The position numbers and the translations under genes were made by a program. Below are positions 10,314 through 19,572 of a stretch of 32,000 nucleotides of DNA, in pieces (the first letter of the stretch is position 1; each line of letters begins with the position of its first letter). The notes under the pieces were generated by a model. That model saw nothing but the letters and a program-made list of their open reading frames with translations, searched no databases and was not told the origin of the DNA. Source of the stretch: Propionibacterium freudenreichii subsp. freudenreichii (GTDB taxonomy: Bacteria; Actinomycetota; Actinomycetes; Propionibacteriales; Propionibacteriaceae). The stretch is from the NCBI RefSeq assembly GCF_000940845.1, contig NZ_CP010341.1, positions 2,400,001 through 2,432,000 on the forward strand, read 5' to 3'.

Positions 10314-10412
10314 ATGGTTATGTTGACCGGCTCAACCATTCACCCCTGCCCCGCCTGGGCGCTCACCGAGCCGGTCAACATAACCCCGAGGTCGACATAC
10401 CATCGCCAGATC
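10314..10412. repeat. RIT terminal module (ritA side): perfect 18-bp inverted pair with a 34-nt spacer, plus 27 bp
   Basis: GGTTATGTTGACCGGCTC (10316-10333) and GAGCCGGTCAACATAACC (10368-10385) are exact reverse complements. The whole 99 bp equals the reverse complement of 30594-30692 with 1 mismatch. Confidence 0.9.
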
Positions 10413-10467
10413 ACTGCTCGAGACCGGAGGCTTCAGACCCCGACTACACCCTCAATTATGAAGAGCC
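10396..10467 (+). mobile_element. ISL3-type 3' tail relic (last ~19 codons plus terminal IR)
   Basis: Reads HTIARSLLETGGFRPRLHPQL* and then ends ...CTACACCCTCAATTATGAAGAGCC. It is colinear with the 3' end of the intact copies (HYVARSLLETGGFRPQLHRGL*...GATGAGCC). Confidence 0.8.
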
Positions 10468-10817
10468 GGTCAAGGCCGAGGGACGCTGCCCGCCCCTGCC
10501 GCACCACCCGTTCCGCACAGCGAGGAAGACCTTACCGATGTCGATCCGACTGGCGTCGGAGGGGACCTCCAGGTGACCAGCGTCCCGTCGGCAGTGCGTG
10601 GGTCTACAACCACCGACTTAAACCGCTATGGCCGCCGGTGATTGACTTCGTGCGCCGATCAGCTGCTGGGCGTCCGGAAGTCCTTGCTATCTATTGCGGC
10701 GGTCTCGGATGTCGTCGCGCTATGCGTTGATACCGCACTTGATTCCACTCGATGGGACAATCGGTTTGGGATGCATAGAGGGGTTGTAGAAAGGGCATTC
10801 AGAAGGGGCGGTAGGGG

Positions 10818-11120
10818 ATGGCCAGAGACTATGACGCGCCGCGCGAGACGGATGAGGACCTGACCGAGACGCCGGTGGCGGAGATGCCGGGGCGTGAGCC
10901 GAGCGTGGCCACGATCGATGATGACGAGGACCTGCTCCTCGCGGAGACATTTGAGCTTCCTGGGGCCGATCTGTCCGGTGAGGAACTCACCGTCCAAGTC
11001 GTCCCGAAACAGAAGGACGAGTTCACCTGCACCCGGTGCTTCCTGGTTCACCACCACAGCCAGCTGGTCAGCACCGTGGGCAGCGAGCCGGCGGTGTGCG
11101 CCGAGTGCGCGACGGAGTGA
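10818..11120 (+). CDS. DUF4193-family protein
   Basis: 100-aa acidic protein MARDYDAPRETDEDL...FELPGADLSGEELTVQVVPKQKDEFTCTRCFLVHHHSQL...CAEC. The pattern matches my recollection of the conserved actinobacterial DUF4193 family. Confidence 0.85.
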   Translation: MARDYDAPRETDEDLTETPVAEMPGREPSVATIDDDEDLLLAETFELPGADLSGEELTVQVVPKQKDEFTCTRCFLVHHHSQLVSTVGSEPAVCAECATE

Positions 11121-11123
11121 GCG

Positions 11124-11387
11124 GTGCCGGACCTGGGCGGGCTGGTCGTGGTGCTCATCTTGGCCGTCTGCCTCGTCAGCATGCTGCTCCTGGCCCCGCT
11201 CGTTGAGGCGTGGCTCTGGCGGGCGATCGGCCACGAGAACCACACCGGTGACAACTGGCCTGCCGCCGAGGATGAGTCGCCAAGCCTTGCAGGTCAGGCG
11301 CGGCCTTCGCCTTCGGTGAGCCCGGCGTCCGTGGAAGCGGCGTCGCTTTCTCACCGCCGCAGCACGGGCGGGGCGCCGGTGTCGTGA
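11124..11387 (+). CDS. Small hypothetical membrane protein
   Basis: GTG start 4 nt after the DUF4193 stop. One clear TM segment (LVVVLILAVCLVSMLLLAPLV). High third-position GC. The stop overlaps the next start as GTGA. Confidence 0.5.
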   Translation: MPDLGGLVVVLILAVCLVSMLLLAPLVEAWLWRAIGHENHTGDNWPAAEDESPSLAGQARPSPSVSPASVEAASLSHRRSTGGAPVS

Positions 11388-11858
11388 CGGGGCGACGGCT
11401 GAACGGCAGAGAGCTCGGCCTGCCCGGTCTGGCGGTAGCGCTCAGTGAGGCCACTGACTGGCGCGGCGAGGCACTCGAGCAGCTCGGCTTGGTGCGGTGG
11501 GAACCAGGGATGGGCGCGGTGCCGGTGCTGGAGGGCATCACCGCGGACCTGACGGCTCGCCGGTGGGTCCTCATCGAACGGTCCGGGCCCCGCGAGGAGC
11601 CCACGCTGCTCGTCTCTGGCTTGTTCACCGGCCCGCACCCGATCGTATGGGAGCGTCTGGTCCACCACGGCGGCGGACTCCTCCTCGCCGTCCACGACTC
11701 CGCACCGGAGGGTCAGATGCCCTCATTGTGGGTCGGTGTGGTGCGCGCCCACGTGGGTCGCGCAACCGACATGACGCCACCGGGCCCGCCGGTATATAGT
11801 GGTGCCCCGGGCTTCGGCGGCACCCCGTCTGCCACCAGGGCAGGAAGAATGACAGGAG

Positions 11859-13997
<2,139 letters not shown>

Positions 13998-14066
13998 CCC
14001 GCTGCGCGGTACTGCACCTGCGGTCATTCCGGCGCCGGGTCGGTCCGCAAGGTGGTGTGAGGTCAC

Positions 14067-14495
14067 GTGAGCGAACACGGCGGTTTGGAGGAAGACAGCT
14101 GGGCAACCTCGTTCCGGTCCCGTCTCAACTTCCTCGTGGCTATGGTGCCCCCGCCGTCTGGTGAAAAGTGGACCAACGAACTCATCGCAGAGGAGTGTTT
14201 GGCCAGGGGAGTGGAAGCCACTTACTCCAATATCGCCCATCTCAGAACGGGCCGCCGGACGAACCCGTCAGCCCGTCTCGTGGGCGCTCTAGCACAGGTT
14301 TTCGGGGTCGACGTTGACTACTTCTTCAACGATCTCCGCGCCCATCAGATTCAGAAGCAGTTCCTGGCGCTGCAACAGCTCCGCGAGTCCGGAGTGAAGA
14401 TCGAGGGCATCGCAGCCCGCGGTGAGGGTCTGAACCCCGACCTGGTGATGGAAGCCATCAGGGCTCTGCGCCGTGACTCAGACGACCGACGATGA
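14067..14495 (+). CDS. XRE-type HTH DNA-binding protein with EspR-like architecture
   Basis: FRSRLNFLVAMVPPPSGEKWTNELIAEECLARGVEATYSNIAHLRTGRRTNPSARLVGALAQVFGVDVDYFFND, followed by a helical C-terminal half. This parallels the mycobacterial EspR layout as I recall it. Confidence 0.75.
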   Translation: MSEHGGLEEDSWATSFRSRLNFLVAMVPPPSGEKWTNELIAEECLARGVEATYSNIAHLRTGRRTNPSARLVGALAQVFGVDVDYFFNDLRAHQIQKQFLALQQLRESGVKIEGIAARGEGLNPDLVMEAIRALRRDSDDRR

Positions 14496-14504
14496 CGTCG
14501 TAGA

Positions 14505-14978
14505 GTGACTCACCAGCTTGTGATCATCGACAAGCGGGGGGAGAGTCCGATGAACGTTCGACACGTGTTTTCGACGGTTCTTCGTGATGTCAGGTCAGTG
14601 GACGAGGCCATCAAAGCGACGAGCGCTGCCACAGGGCGACCCATCTGTCTCCAAGAGGTCTCATACCTAGGACAGCAGGGCCCTTCCGGTCTTCTGGTGC
14701 AGTCCGGATCATGTGATGTCATCCAGCTACCATCCGGCGTATCTGGTCGCCGTCGGGTCGGGATCATTGGTCATGAGCTTGGCCACCTCCTTCTGGGGCA
14801 TCAGCCCGAGGATCTCTCTGGCTTGTTTTCCATCGACCCGGACATCGTCAAACGGATCTTGGCTCGTCACCACTTCGACGACAGGAAGGAGCGAGACGCT
14901 GAGCTGATTGGCACGATGCTGGCTCAGACCATCGGAAGGAATCTTCAGTTCGAAGGTCTGTGGAGCTGCCTGTCATGA
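14505..14978 (+). CDS. ImmA/IrrE-like HEXXH metallopeptidase-domain protein
   Basis: IIGHELGHLLLGH motif in a 140-157 aa protein directly downstream of the HTH gene. Start uncertain (14505 or ATG 14550, MNVRHVF). Confidence 0.65.
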   Translation: MTHQLVIIDKRGESPMNVRHVFSTVLRDVRSVDEAIKATSAATGRPICLQEVSYLGQQGPSGLLVQSGSCDVIQLPSGVSGRRRVGIIGHELGHLLLGHQPEDLSGLFSIDPDIVKRILARHHFDDRKERDAELIGTMLAQTIGRNLQFEGLWSCLS

Positions 14979-15058
14979 CGATTGACCTGGTGCTTGTTGG
15001 CTTGTGGCTGGTGGGGATCGTCGACCTGACACGCACTCTGCGAGGACGATCTGATCCT
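14975..15058 (+). pseudogene. First 28 codons of a membrane protein, truncated by ISL3 copy 2
   Basis: The ATG at 14975 overlaps the peptidase stop as ATGA. Reads MTIDLVLVGLWLVGIVDLTRTLRGRSDP and then runs into the IS IRL at 15059. Confidence 0.5.
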
Positions 15059-15102
15059 GGCTCATCACAATCCACGGTGTAGTGGGGGTGTGATGGTGGC
15101 TG

Positions 15103-16488
15103 GTGTGTCGGTCACCGGGTAGGGGTCGAGGTCTTCCGAGGATGGGGGTTCTCACACCAACCCATCGGGAAGACCTCGACGTGCCTGACGCTACCTTCGC
15201 GACCCCTGACCTGACCACCTTCTGCCGGCTCGACGAGCTGGGCCTGGTTGCGGTTGGTCAACGACTCGAGCCTGGACGGGCGGTGATCGCTTGTCAGGTT
15301 GTCGAGCCGGACGACTGGTGCCACCGCTGCGGCCAGCATGGTGTGTTGCGGGACACGGTGGTGCGTCGGCTCGCTCACGAACCGCTCGGGTGGCGGCCGA
15401 CCCTGCTGGAGGTGCTCGTCCGCCGGTACCGGTGCGCCGACTGCGCTCATGTGTGGCGCCAGGACACGAGCCGGGCCGCGGAGGCCAAGACCCGACTGTC
15501 GCGCCGCGGGCTGCGGTGGGCGTTGGAAGGGATCGTGGTGCGCCACCTCACCGTGGCCCGGATCGCCGAAGGCTTGGACATCAGCTGGAACACAGCGAAC
15601 GACGCGGTGCTCGCCGAGGGTAAGCGGGTGCTGATCAACAACCCGCACCGGTTCGACAAGGTGACCACGATCGGCGTGGATGAGCACGTGTGGCGGCACA
15701 CCCGTCGCGGCGAGAAGTACGTGACCGTGATCATCGACCTGACGCCGGCAAGGACGAACAGTGGACCGGTCAGGTTGCTGGACATGGTCGAGGGCCGCTC
15801 CAAGAGCGTGTTCAAGCAGTGGTTGTCTGAGCGTGACCAGGCGTGGCGCGACCGGGTGGAGGTCGTCGCGATGGACGGCTTCACCGGATTCAAGACCGCC
15901 ACCACCGAGGAGTTGCCTGATGCGGTCGCGGTGATGGACCCCTTCCATGTCGTGAGGCTCGCCGGCGACGCCCTCGACCGGTGCCGCCGTCGAATCCAAC
16001 AGGATCTGCACGGCCACCGCGGCCGTGCCGGCGACCCGCTCTACTCGGCCCGGCGAACCCTGCACACCGGAGCATCGCTGCTCACCGACAAACAGAAGAC
16101 CCGGCTTGACGCCCTGTTCGCTGACGAGGCGCACACCGAACTTGAGGTCACCTGGGCGGCCTACCAACGCATGGTCACCGCCTACCGCGACCCCGACCCT
16201 GCTCGCGGCCGAGACCTCATGAACAAGCTCATCGCCAGCCTCGCCAGCGGCGTCCCAGCAGCGCTGGTCGAACTCCGCACACTGGGCCGCACGCTGAAGC
16301 AGCGGGCGGTCGACGTGCTGGCCTACTTCGACCGGCCCGGCACCAGCAACGGTCCCACAGAGGCGATCAATGGCCGCCTCGAGCACCTCCGCGGATCAGC
16401 CCTCGGCTTCCGCAACCTCACCCACTATGTCGCCAGATCCCTCCTCGAAACCGGCGGGTTCAGACCTCAGCTACACCGTGGATTATGA
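15103..16488 (+). CDS. ISL3-family transposase
   Basis: Identical 461-aa ORF. The probable functional start is GTG 15181 (VPDATF...), immediately after the leader hairpin. Confidence 0.95.
   Translation: MCRSPGRGRGLPRMGVLTPTHREDLDVPDATFATPDLTTFCRLDELGLVAVGQRLEPGRAVIACQVVEPDDWCHRCGQHGVLRDTVVRRLAHEPLGWRPTLLEVLVRRYRCADCAHVWRQDTSRAAEAKTRLSRRGLRWALEGIVVRHLTVARIAEGLDISWNTANDAVLAEGKRVLINNPHRFDKVTTIGVDEHVWRHTRRGEKYVTVIIDLTPARTNSGPVRLLDMVEGRSKSVFKQWLSERDQAWRDRVEVVAMDGFTGFKTATTEELPDAVAVMDPFHVVRLAGDALDRCRRRIQQDLHGHRGRAGDPLYSARRTLHTGASLLTDKQKTRLDALFADEAHTELEVTWAAYQRMVTAYRDPDPARGRDLMNKLIASLASGVPAALVELRTLGRTLKQRAVDVLAYFDRPGTSNGPTEAINGRLEHLRGSALGFRNLTHYVARSLLETGGFRPQLHRGL
15125..15180 (+). promoter_or_regulatory. 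Leader stem-loop ending at the transposase start codon
   Basis: GTCGAGGTCTTCC-GAG-GATGGG, a 14-nt loop, then CCCATC-G-GGAAGACCTCGAC gives 13-bp plus 6-bp stems. The 3' arm contains the purine-rich GGGAAG just before GTG 15181. Present in every copy and, with changed sequence, in the diverged relatives. Confidence 0.6.
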
Positions 16489-16494
16489 TGAGCC

Positions 16495-16906
16495 CCTATG
16501 GGTACTGGCCATGGCCTACGGGCCGGTGCGCCTGGTCCTGCTGGCGGTGATGGCGATCGGGGCGGTGAGTGCCACCCTGATCCTGGGAGCCGACTTGTGG
16601 GAGCGCCCACGGCGGCGAGCCCAACGTGAGCAGGTCATCCTGTTCAATTTGGCCACCACCGCGACCGTGGCCATCGGGGTTGTGGTGTTCTACCTCGTCT
16701 TATTCATCCTGTCCTGGGTCGGCGCGCTGCTGCTCATCGACGAGCAGGTACTGGCCGGTATCGCCGGGAACCCAGTGAACGCTTTGGACTACGCGAAGAT
16801 CAGCTGGCTCACCGCCAGCCTGGCCACCGTGGGCGGAGCACTAGGAGCTGGACTGGAGGACGACGATGTGGTGCGCGCCGCTGCCTACACCCGGCCCAGC
16901 ACCTGA
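16495..16906 (+). pseudogene. C-terminal (multi-TM) part of a conserved membrane protein; the N-terminal part is at 25661-26384
   Basis: Reads LWVLAMAYGPVRLVLLAVMAIGAVSATLILG...DDDVVRAAAYTRPST* in phase from the 8-bp duplication CCTATGGG. Confidence 0.85.
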
Positions 16907-16919
16907 CACAGCCCCAGCA

Positions 16920-17445
16920 CGCCACGCCCAGTCCTTCGGCAACTCGGGCCATCGACAGGTGGCCGACGACGATCCCGACCAGACCCCACCGCAGGCCGGC
17001 GCGGGAGATCTTGGCCCGCGGCGGCGCCGCAGCGGTGGTGTCCTGACGCCACACGTGCGAGCACTCCTTGCAGCGGTAGCGGCGCACGGTGAGCACCAGC
17101 GTGGTAGGGCGCCACCCGAACGGCTCGTGCGCCAACTCCCTGCTCACCGTGTCACGGGGCACGCCCTGGCAGCCGCACCGCCTGCACCAGTCGTCCGGCT
17201 CCACGACCCGGCACGCCAGCACGGACCGGTCAGGCTCGAGCAGCTGGCCGGTGACCTCCAGACCGAGGCCGTCGAGGCGGGTGAAGGTAGTCAGGTCAGG
17301 GCGCGTGAAGGTAGCGTCAGGCACGTCGAGGTCTTCCGGACGGGTTGTGTGAGAACTCCCATCATCGGAAGACCTCGACCCTCACCCCGACACCGACGCG
17401 CCGCCCCAGGTCGCACCACAGCTACACCCTCATCTGTGAAGAGCC
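16920..17445 (-). mobile_element. Relic of a second ISL3-type element (IRL plus about 130 N-terminal transposase codons)
   Basis: IRL GGCTCTTCACAGATGAGGGTGTAG (reverse complement ending at 17445), the leader hairpin, then VPDATFTRPDLTTFTRLDGLGLEVTGQLLEPDRSVLACRVVEPDDWCRRCG...ARVAEGLGV. Homology stops about 16920-16935. The inner boundary is approximate. Confidence 0.8.
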
Positions 17446-17529
17446 CCTCAAGGGCGCTGCGCGTCGCTGCGCGATGCCGCCTGCGGCGGCACCCTTGACT
17501 GCCACCCTCCACGCACCTGCTGGCAACTA

Positions 17530-18111
17530 TCAGGACGAAGGGGTGCTCTGGGCTCGGGCAAGGGCTCGGCGTACCGATGACGTGCTCACGCCGAGCACGG
17601 TGGCGATGTGCGCGTTGCTCTGGCCCTGCGCCTTCATGCGCAAGGCGGCGTCGATTCGCTCCGACCCCATGACGGTGGGGCGGCCGCCGACCCTCCCCTG
17701 GGCCCGCGCATAGGCCAGGCCGCGCCGGGTGTTCTCCCGGATCGTGTCCACGCGCAACTGAGCGAACACGGCCATAATCCCCACAATGGCCTGGCCCATC
17801 GGGCTCGACGTGTCGATGCTCAGCGCCGGCTCCGTCAAGCTCTTGATGCTCACGCCCTGCCCGATCAGGTCATGGACGATCTCGATGGCCATGACCTCGC
17901 TTCCGGCCAGCCGGTCCAGCGCCCGGAACACCAGCGTGTCGCCCGGACGCAGATAGTCGCGGCACGCCAACCACTGCGGCCGGTCGGCCGCACGGCTGGA
18001 CTCGCCGTGGTCCACGAACACGCGCTCGGCCCCGGCCGCGCGCAGCTCCGCCTCCTGGGCGGCCGGAGTCTGTTCGCGCGTGGACACGCGTGCGTACCCG
18101 ACGATCGTCAT
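17530..18111 (-). CDS. Serine recombinase (resolvase/invertase type)
   Basis: MTIVGYARVSTREQ catalytic N-terminus, a resolvase core, and a C-terminal HTH (SNAHIATVLGVSTSSVRRAL). The ATG at 18111 overlaps the upstream stop as ATGA. Confidence 0.9.
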   Translation of the reverse strand: MTIVGYARVSTREQTPAAQEAELRAAGAERVFVDHGESSRAADRPQWLACRDYLRPGDTLVFRALDRLAGSEVMAIEIVHDLIGQGVSIKSLTEPALSIDTSSPMGQAIVGIMAVFAQLRVDTIRENTRRGLAYARAQGRVGGRPTVMGSERIDAALRMKAQGQSNAHIATVLGVSTSSVRRALARAQSTPSS

Positions 18112-18887
18112 CGGCTCCCCCGTCCTCTCGGCTCTCCTCGGTGCGGGTCGTCATCGTCATCGCGCTTCGCGCGACGCCGTTCCATCTCGCTCTCGATACG
18201 TTCGTGCAGGCCAGCCCGGGTGTTCTCACGCCGGACGCGGGCGTGAATGCTCGATGCCCACGCCTTGGTGCGCATCTTCACATCGTCGAGCTGACCAGCC
18301 GTCAGACCGTAGACGCGCACCTCTTCGGGCTGGATACGCTCCACGTTGTCAAGGTTCTGGGCGAACCATCCCAGGTCGAAGCCAGCATCGACTCCCCGGA
18401 CCAAGTCCAGCAGTTCCTCGTCGCTGTACCGGCCGGAACGCCGGATCGCGTCCACATCGAGGTAGTCGCGGGTCTCGGCCCGCGAGAACAGGGCCCCGAC
18501 CTTGTTGCCCACCGCGTCCTCAATGGACAAGACGGGCCCGACCTCCAGCCGCACGGGCGGGTGAGCCCGCCAGTCCACGCCCAGGTCCATGTCAGTGCTG
18601 CGCCCTTGCGCGCTGACGATGGTGAGCTGGGCGAACGTGTCCTGCCGCCGGCGGCTCTCCACGGTGTAGCCGGCCGCACGCAGCGCCGCAATGATCCGGT
18701 CGAGCGACGTGCCGAACCGTGCCTGGGCCTGCTGGACGGTGAACAGGTCCACGTCCTCGGTGGGCCGGTCGATCAGCCCGTGCTCACGGATCGCGCCCGA
18801 GCCGGCCAGGGCGAAGCCGGCATCGTCGCCGACGGCCTCCAAGGCCAGGCGCGTGATGCGCCGCTGCTCCTCCTGATCTCTGCTCAC
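18108..18887 (-). CDS. DUF1814 nucleotidyltransferase toxin (AbiEii / MenT type)
   Basis: NTase motif FALAGSGAIREHGLIDRPTEDVDLFT near the N-terminus of a ~259-aa protein. I take the GTG at 18887, which overlaps the upstream stop as GTGA. The track ORF extends to 19094 inside the upstream gene. Confidence 0.8.
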   Translation of the reverse strand: MSRDQEEQRRITRLALEAVGDDAGFALAGSGAIREHGLIDRPTEDVDLFTVQQAQARFGTSLDRIIAALRAAGYTVESRRRQDTFAQLTIVSAQGRSTDMDLGVDWRAHPPVRLEVGPVLSIEDAVGNKVGALFSRAETRDYLDVDAIRRSGRYSDEELLDLVRGVDAGFDLGWFAQNLDNVERIQPEEVRVYGLTAGQLDDVKMRTKAWASSIHARVRRENTRAGLHERIESEMERRRAKRDDDDDPHRGEPRGRGSR

Positions 18888-19216
18888 ACGACGACCCGAA
18901 GCCGGGGGAACCTCTTCTCCCACAGGCCGCGCACGCGCGGATCCATGTTCAGAATCGGCCACGCCTCGATGAGCCGATCTCGGTTCATCAAGCGGCGCTG
19001 CTGATCGGCAGTCCCCTCGGCGAGCAACGCCTGGTAAGCCATGCGACGCCAACCCAGGTTCGACACGTCCACGTCGAACCGATCGGCCTGCCAACGCACA
19101 GAGTGTGGCAGGTCGATGGGCCCGTCATAGGGTCCGCGCAGCTCGTCGAGCGAAGCGGGCGCGTCATAGGGCTTGACATCGCGGAACCGCACACGAGCCG
19201 CTGTCACCTCAGCCAT
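18884..19216 (-). CDS. 110-aa protein, candidate cognate antitoxin or partner of the NTase
   Basis: Position and 4-nt coupling to the NTase gene. I could not recognise a wHTH/AbiEi domain in MAEVTAARVRFRDVKPYDAPASLDELRGPYDGPIDLPHSVRWQ... Confidence 0.55.
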   Translation of the reverse strand: MAEVTAARVRFRDVKPYDAPASLDELRGPYDGPIDLPHSVRWQADRFDVDVSNLGWRRMAYQALLAEGTADQQRRLMNRDRLIEAWPILNMDPRVRGLWEKRFPRLRVVV

Positions 19217-19572
19217 GGCCCGCCTCCTTCCATCTCATCCCAGTTTACCCGGCCAGGTCGAAAACGGTCTATCACCCGTTTCGGTTTCGGTGGGGGTTTT
19301 GACCACCCTTCGACCGCCAACTTACGCGGGTCATGTCAGTTTCCGAAGTCGGCTGCACGGAAGTTCGAAGTCGTCTGCACTCTGTGCTCAGGTATGCCGC
19401 GCGAGCGCTCGGGTGCAGGTCGATGGGACGCCTCCAGGGATGTCCCTGGAGGTCCTGGAGGCCGCCATGGCCACCGACGCGGGCTGGAATCTGTTGCGGT
19501 CGCGTCGTGTGGGCTGTGGTGGTATCATGGGAAAGACGAGGCCCGGAGGGCCGGGCCACCGGTCACTGAGAG

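Larger units (their letters stand above)
15059..16494 (+). mobile_element. ISL3-family insertion sequence, copy 2 (1436 bp)
   Basis: IRL GGCTCATCACAATCCACGGTGTAG at 15059 and IRR ...CTACACCGTGGATTATGATGAGCC ending at 16494. Flanks are CTGATCCT (left) and CCTATGGG (right). Confidence 0.95.

Noticed and set aside
10316-10385. The four 18-mers might have been a small CRISPR-like or REP-type array
   Set aside because: - There are only two pairs, in inverted rather than direct orientation.
- They are located exactly at the two RIT ends.
- No spacer-repeat periodicity is present.
10314-10730. ORFs 10314-10730 (+) and 29931-30815 (-) share the N-terminus MVMLTGSTIHPCPA...LTEPVNITPRSTYHRQI
   Set aside because: - The shared peptide is just a translation across the repeated RIT terminal module and IS tail.
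- The sequences diverge as soon as the repeat ends, and they have no coding bias.
16370-16494. Shared N-terminus MAASSTSADQPSASATSPTMSPDPSSKPAGSDLSYTVDYDEP on ORFs 16370-16906, 6124-6717 and 24098-24349
   Set aside because: - It is read-through from an alternative frame of the ISL3 right end into whatever flanks each copy.
- Only the part after position 16494 is native gene sequence.
19494-19528. TTGCGG ... TATCAT as the hsp20 copy 1 promoter
   Set aside because: - I count about 23 nt between the hexamers, too long for a standard sigma-70 promoter.
- Only the TATCAT -10-like element is plausible, so it is not listed as a feature.
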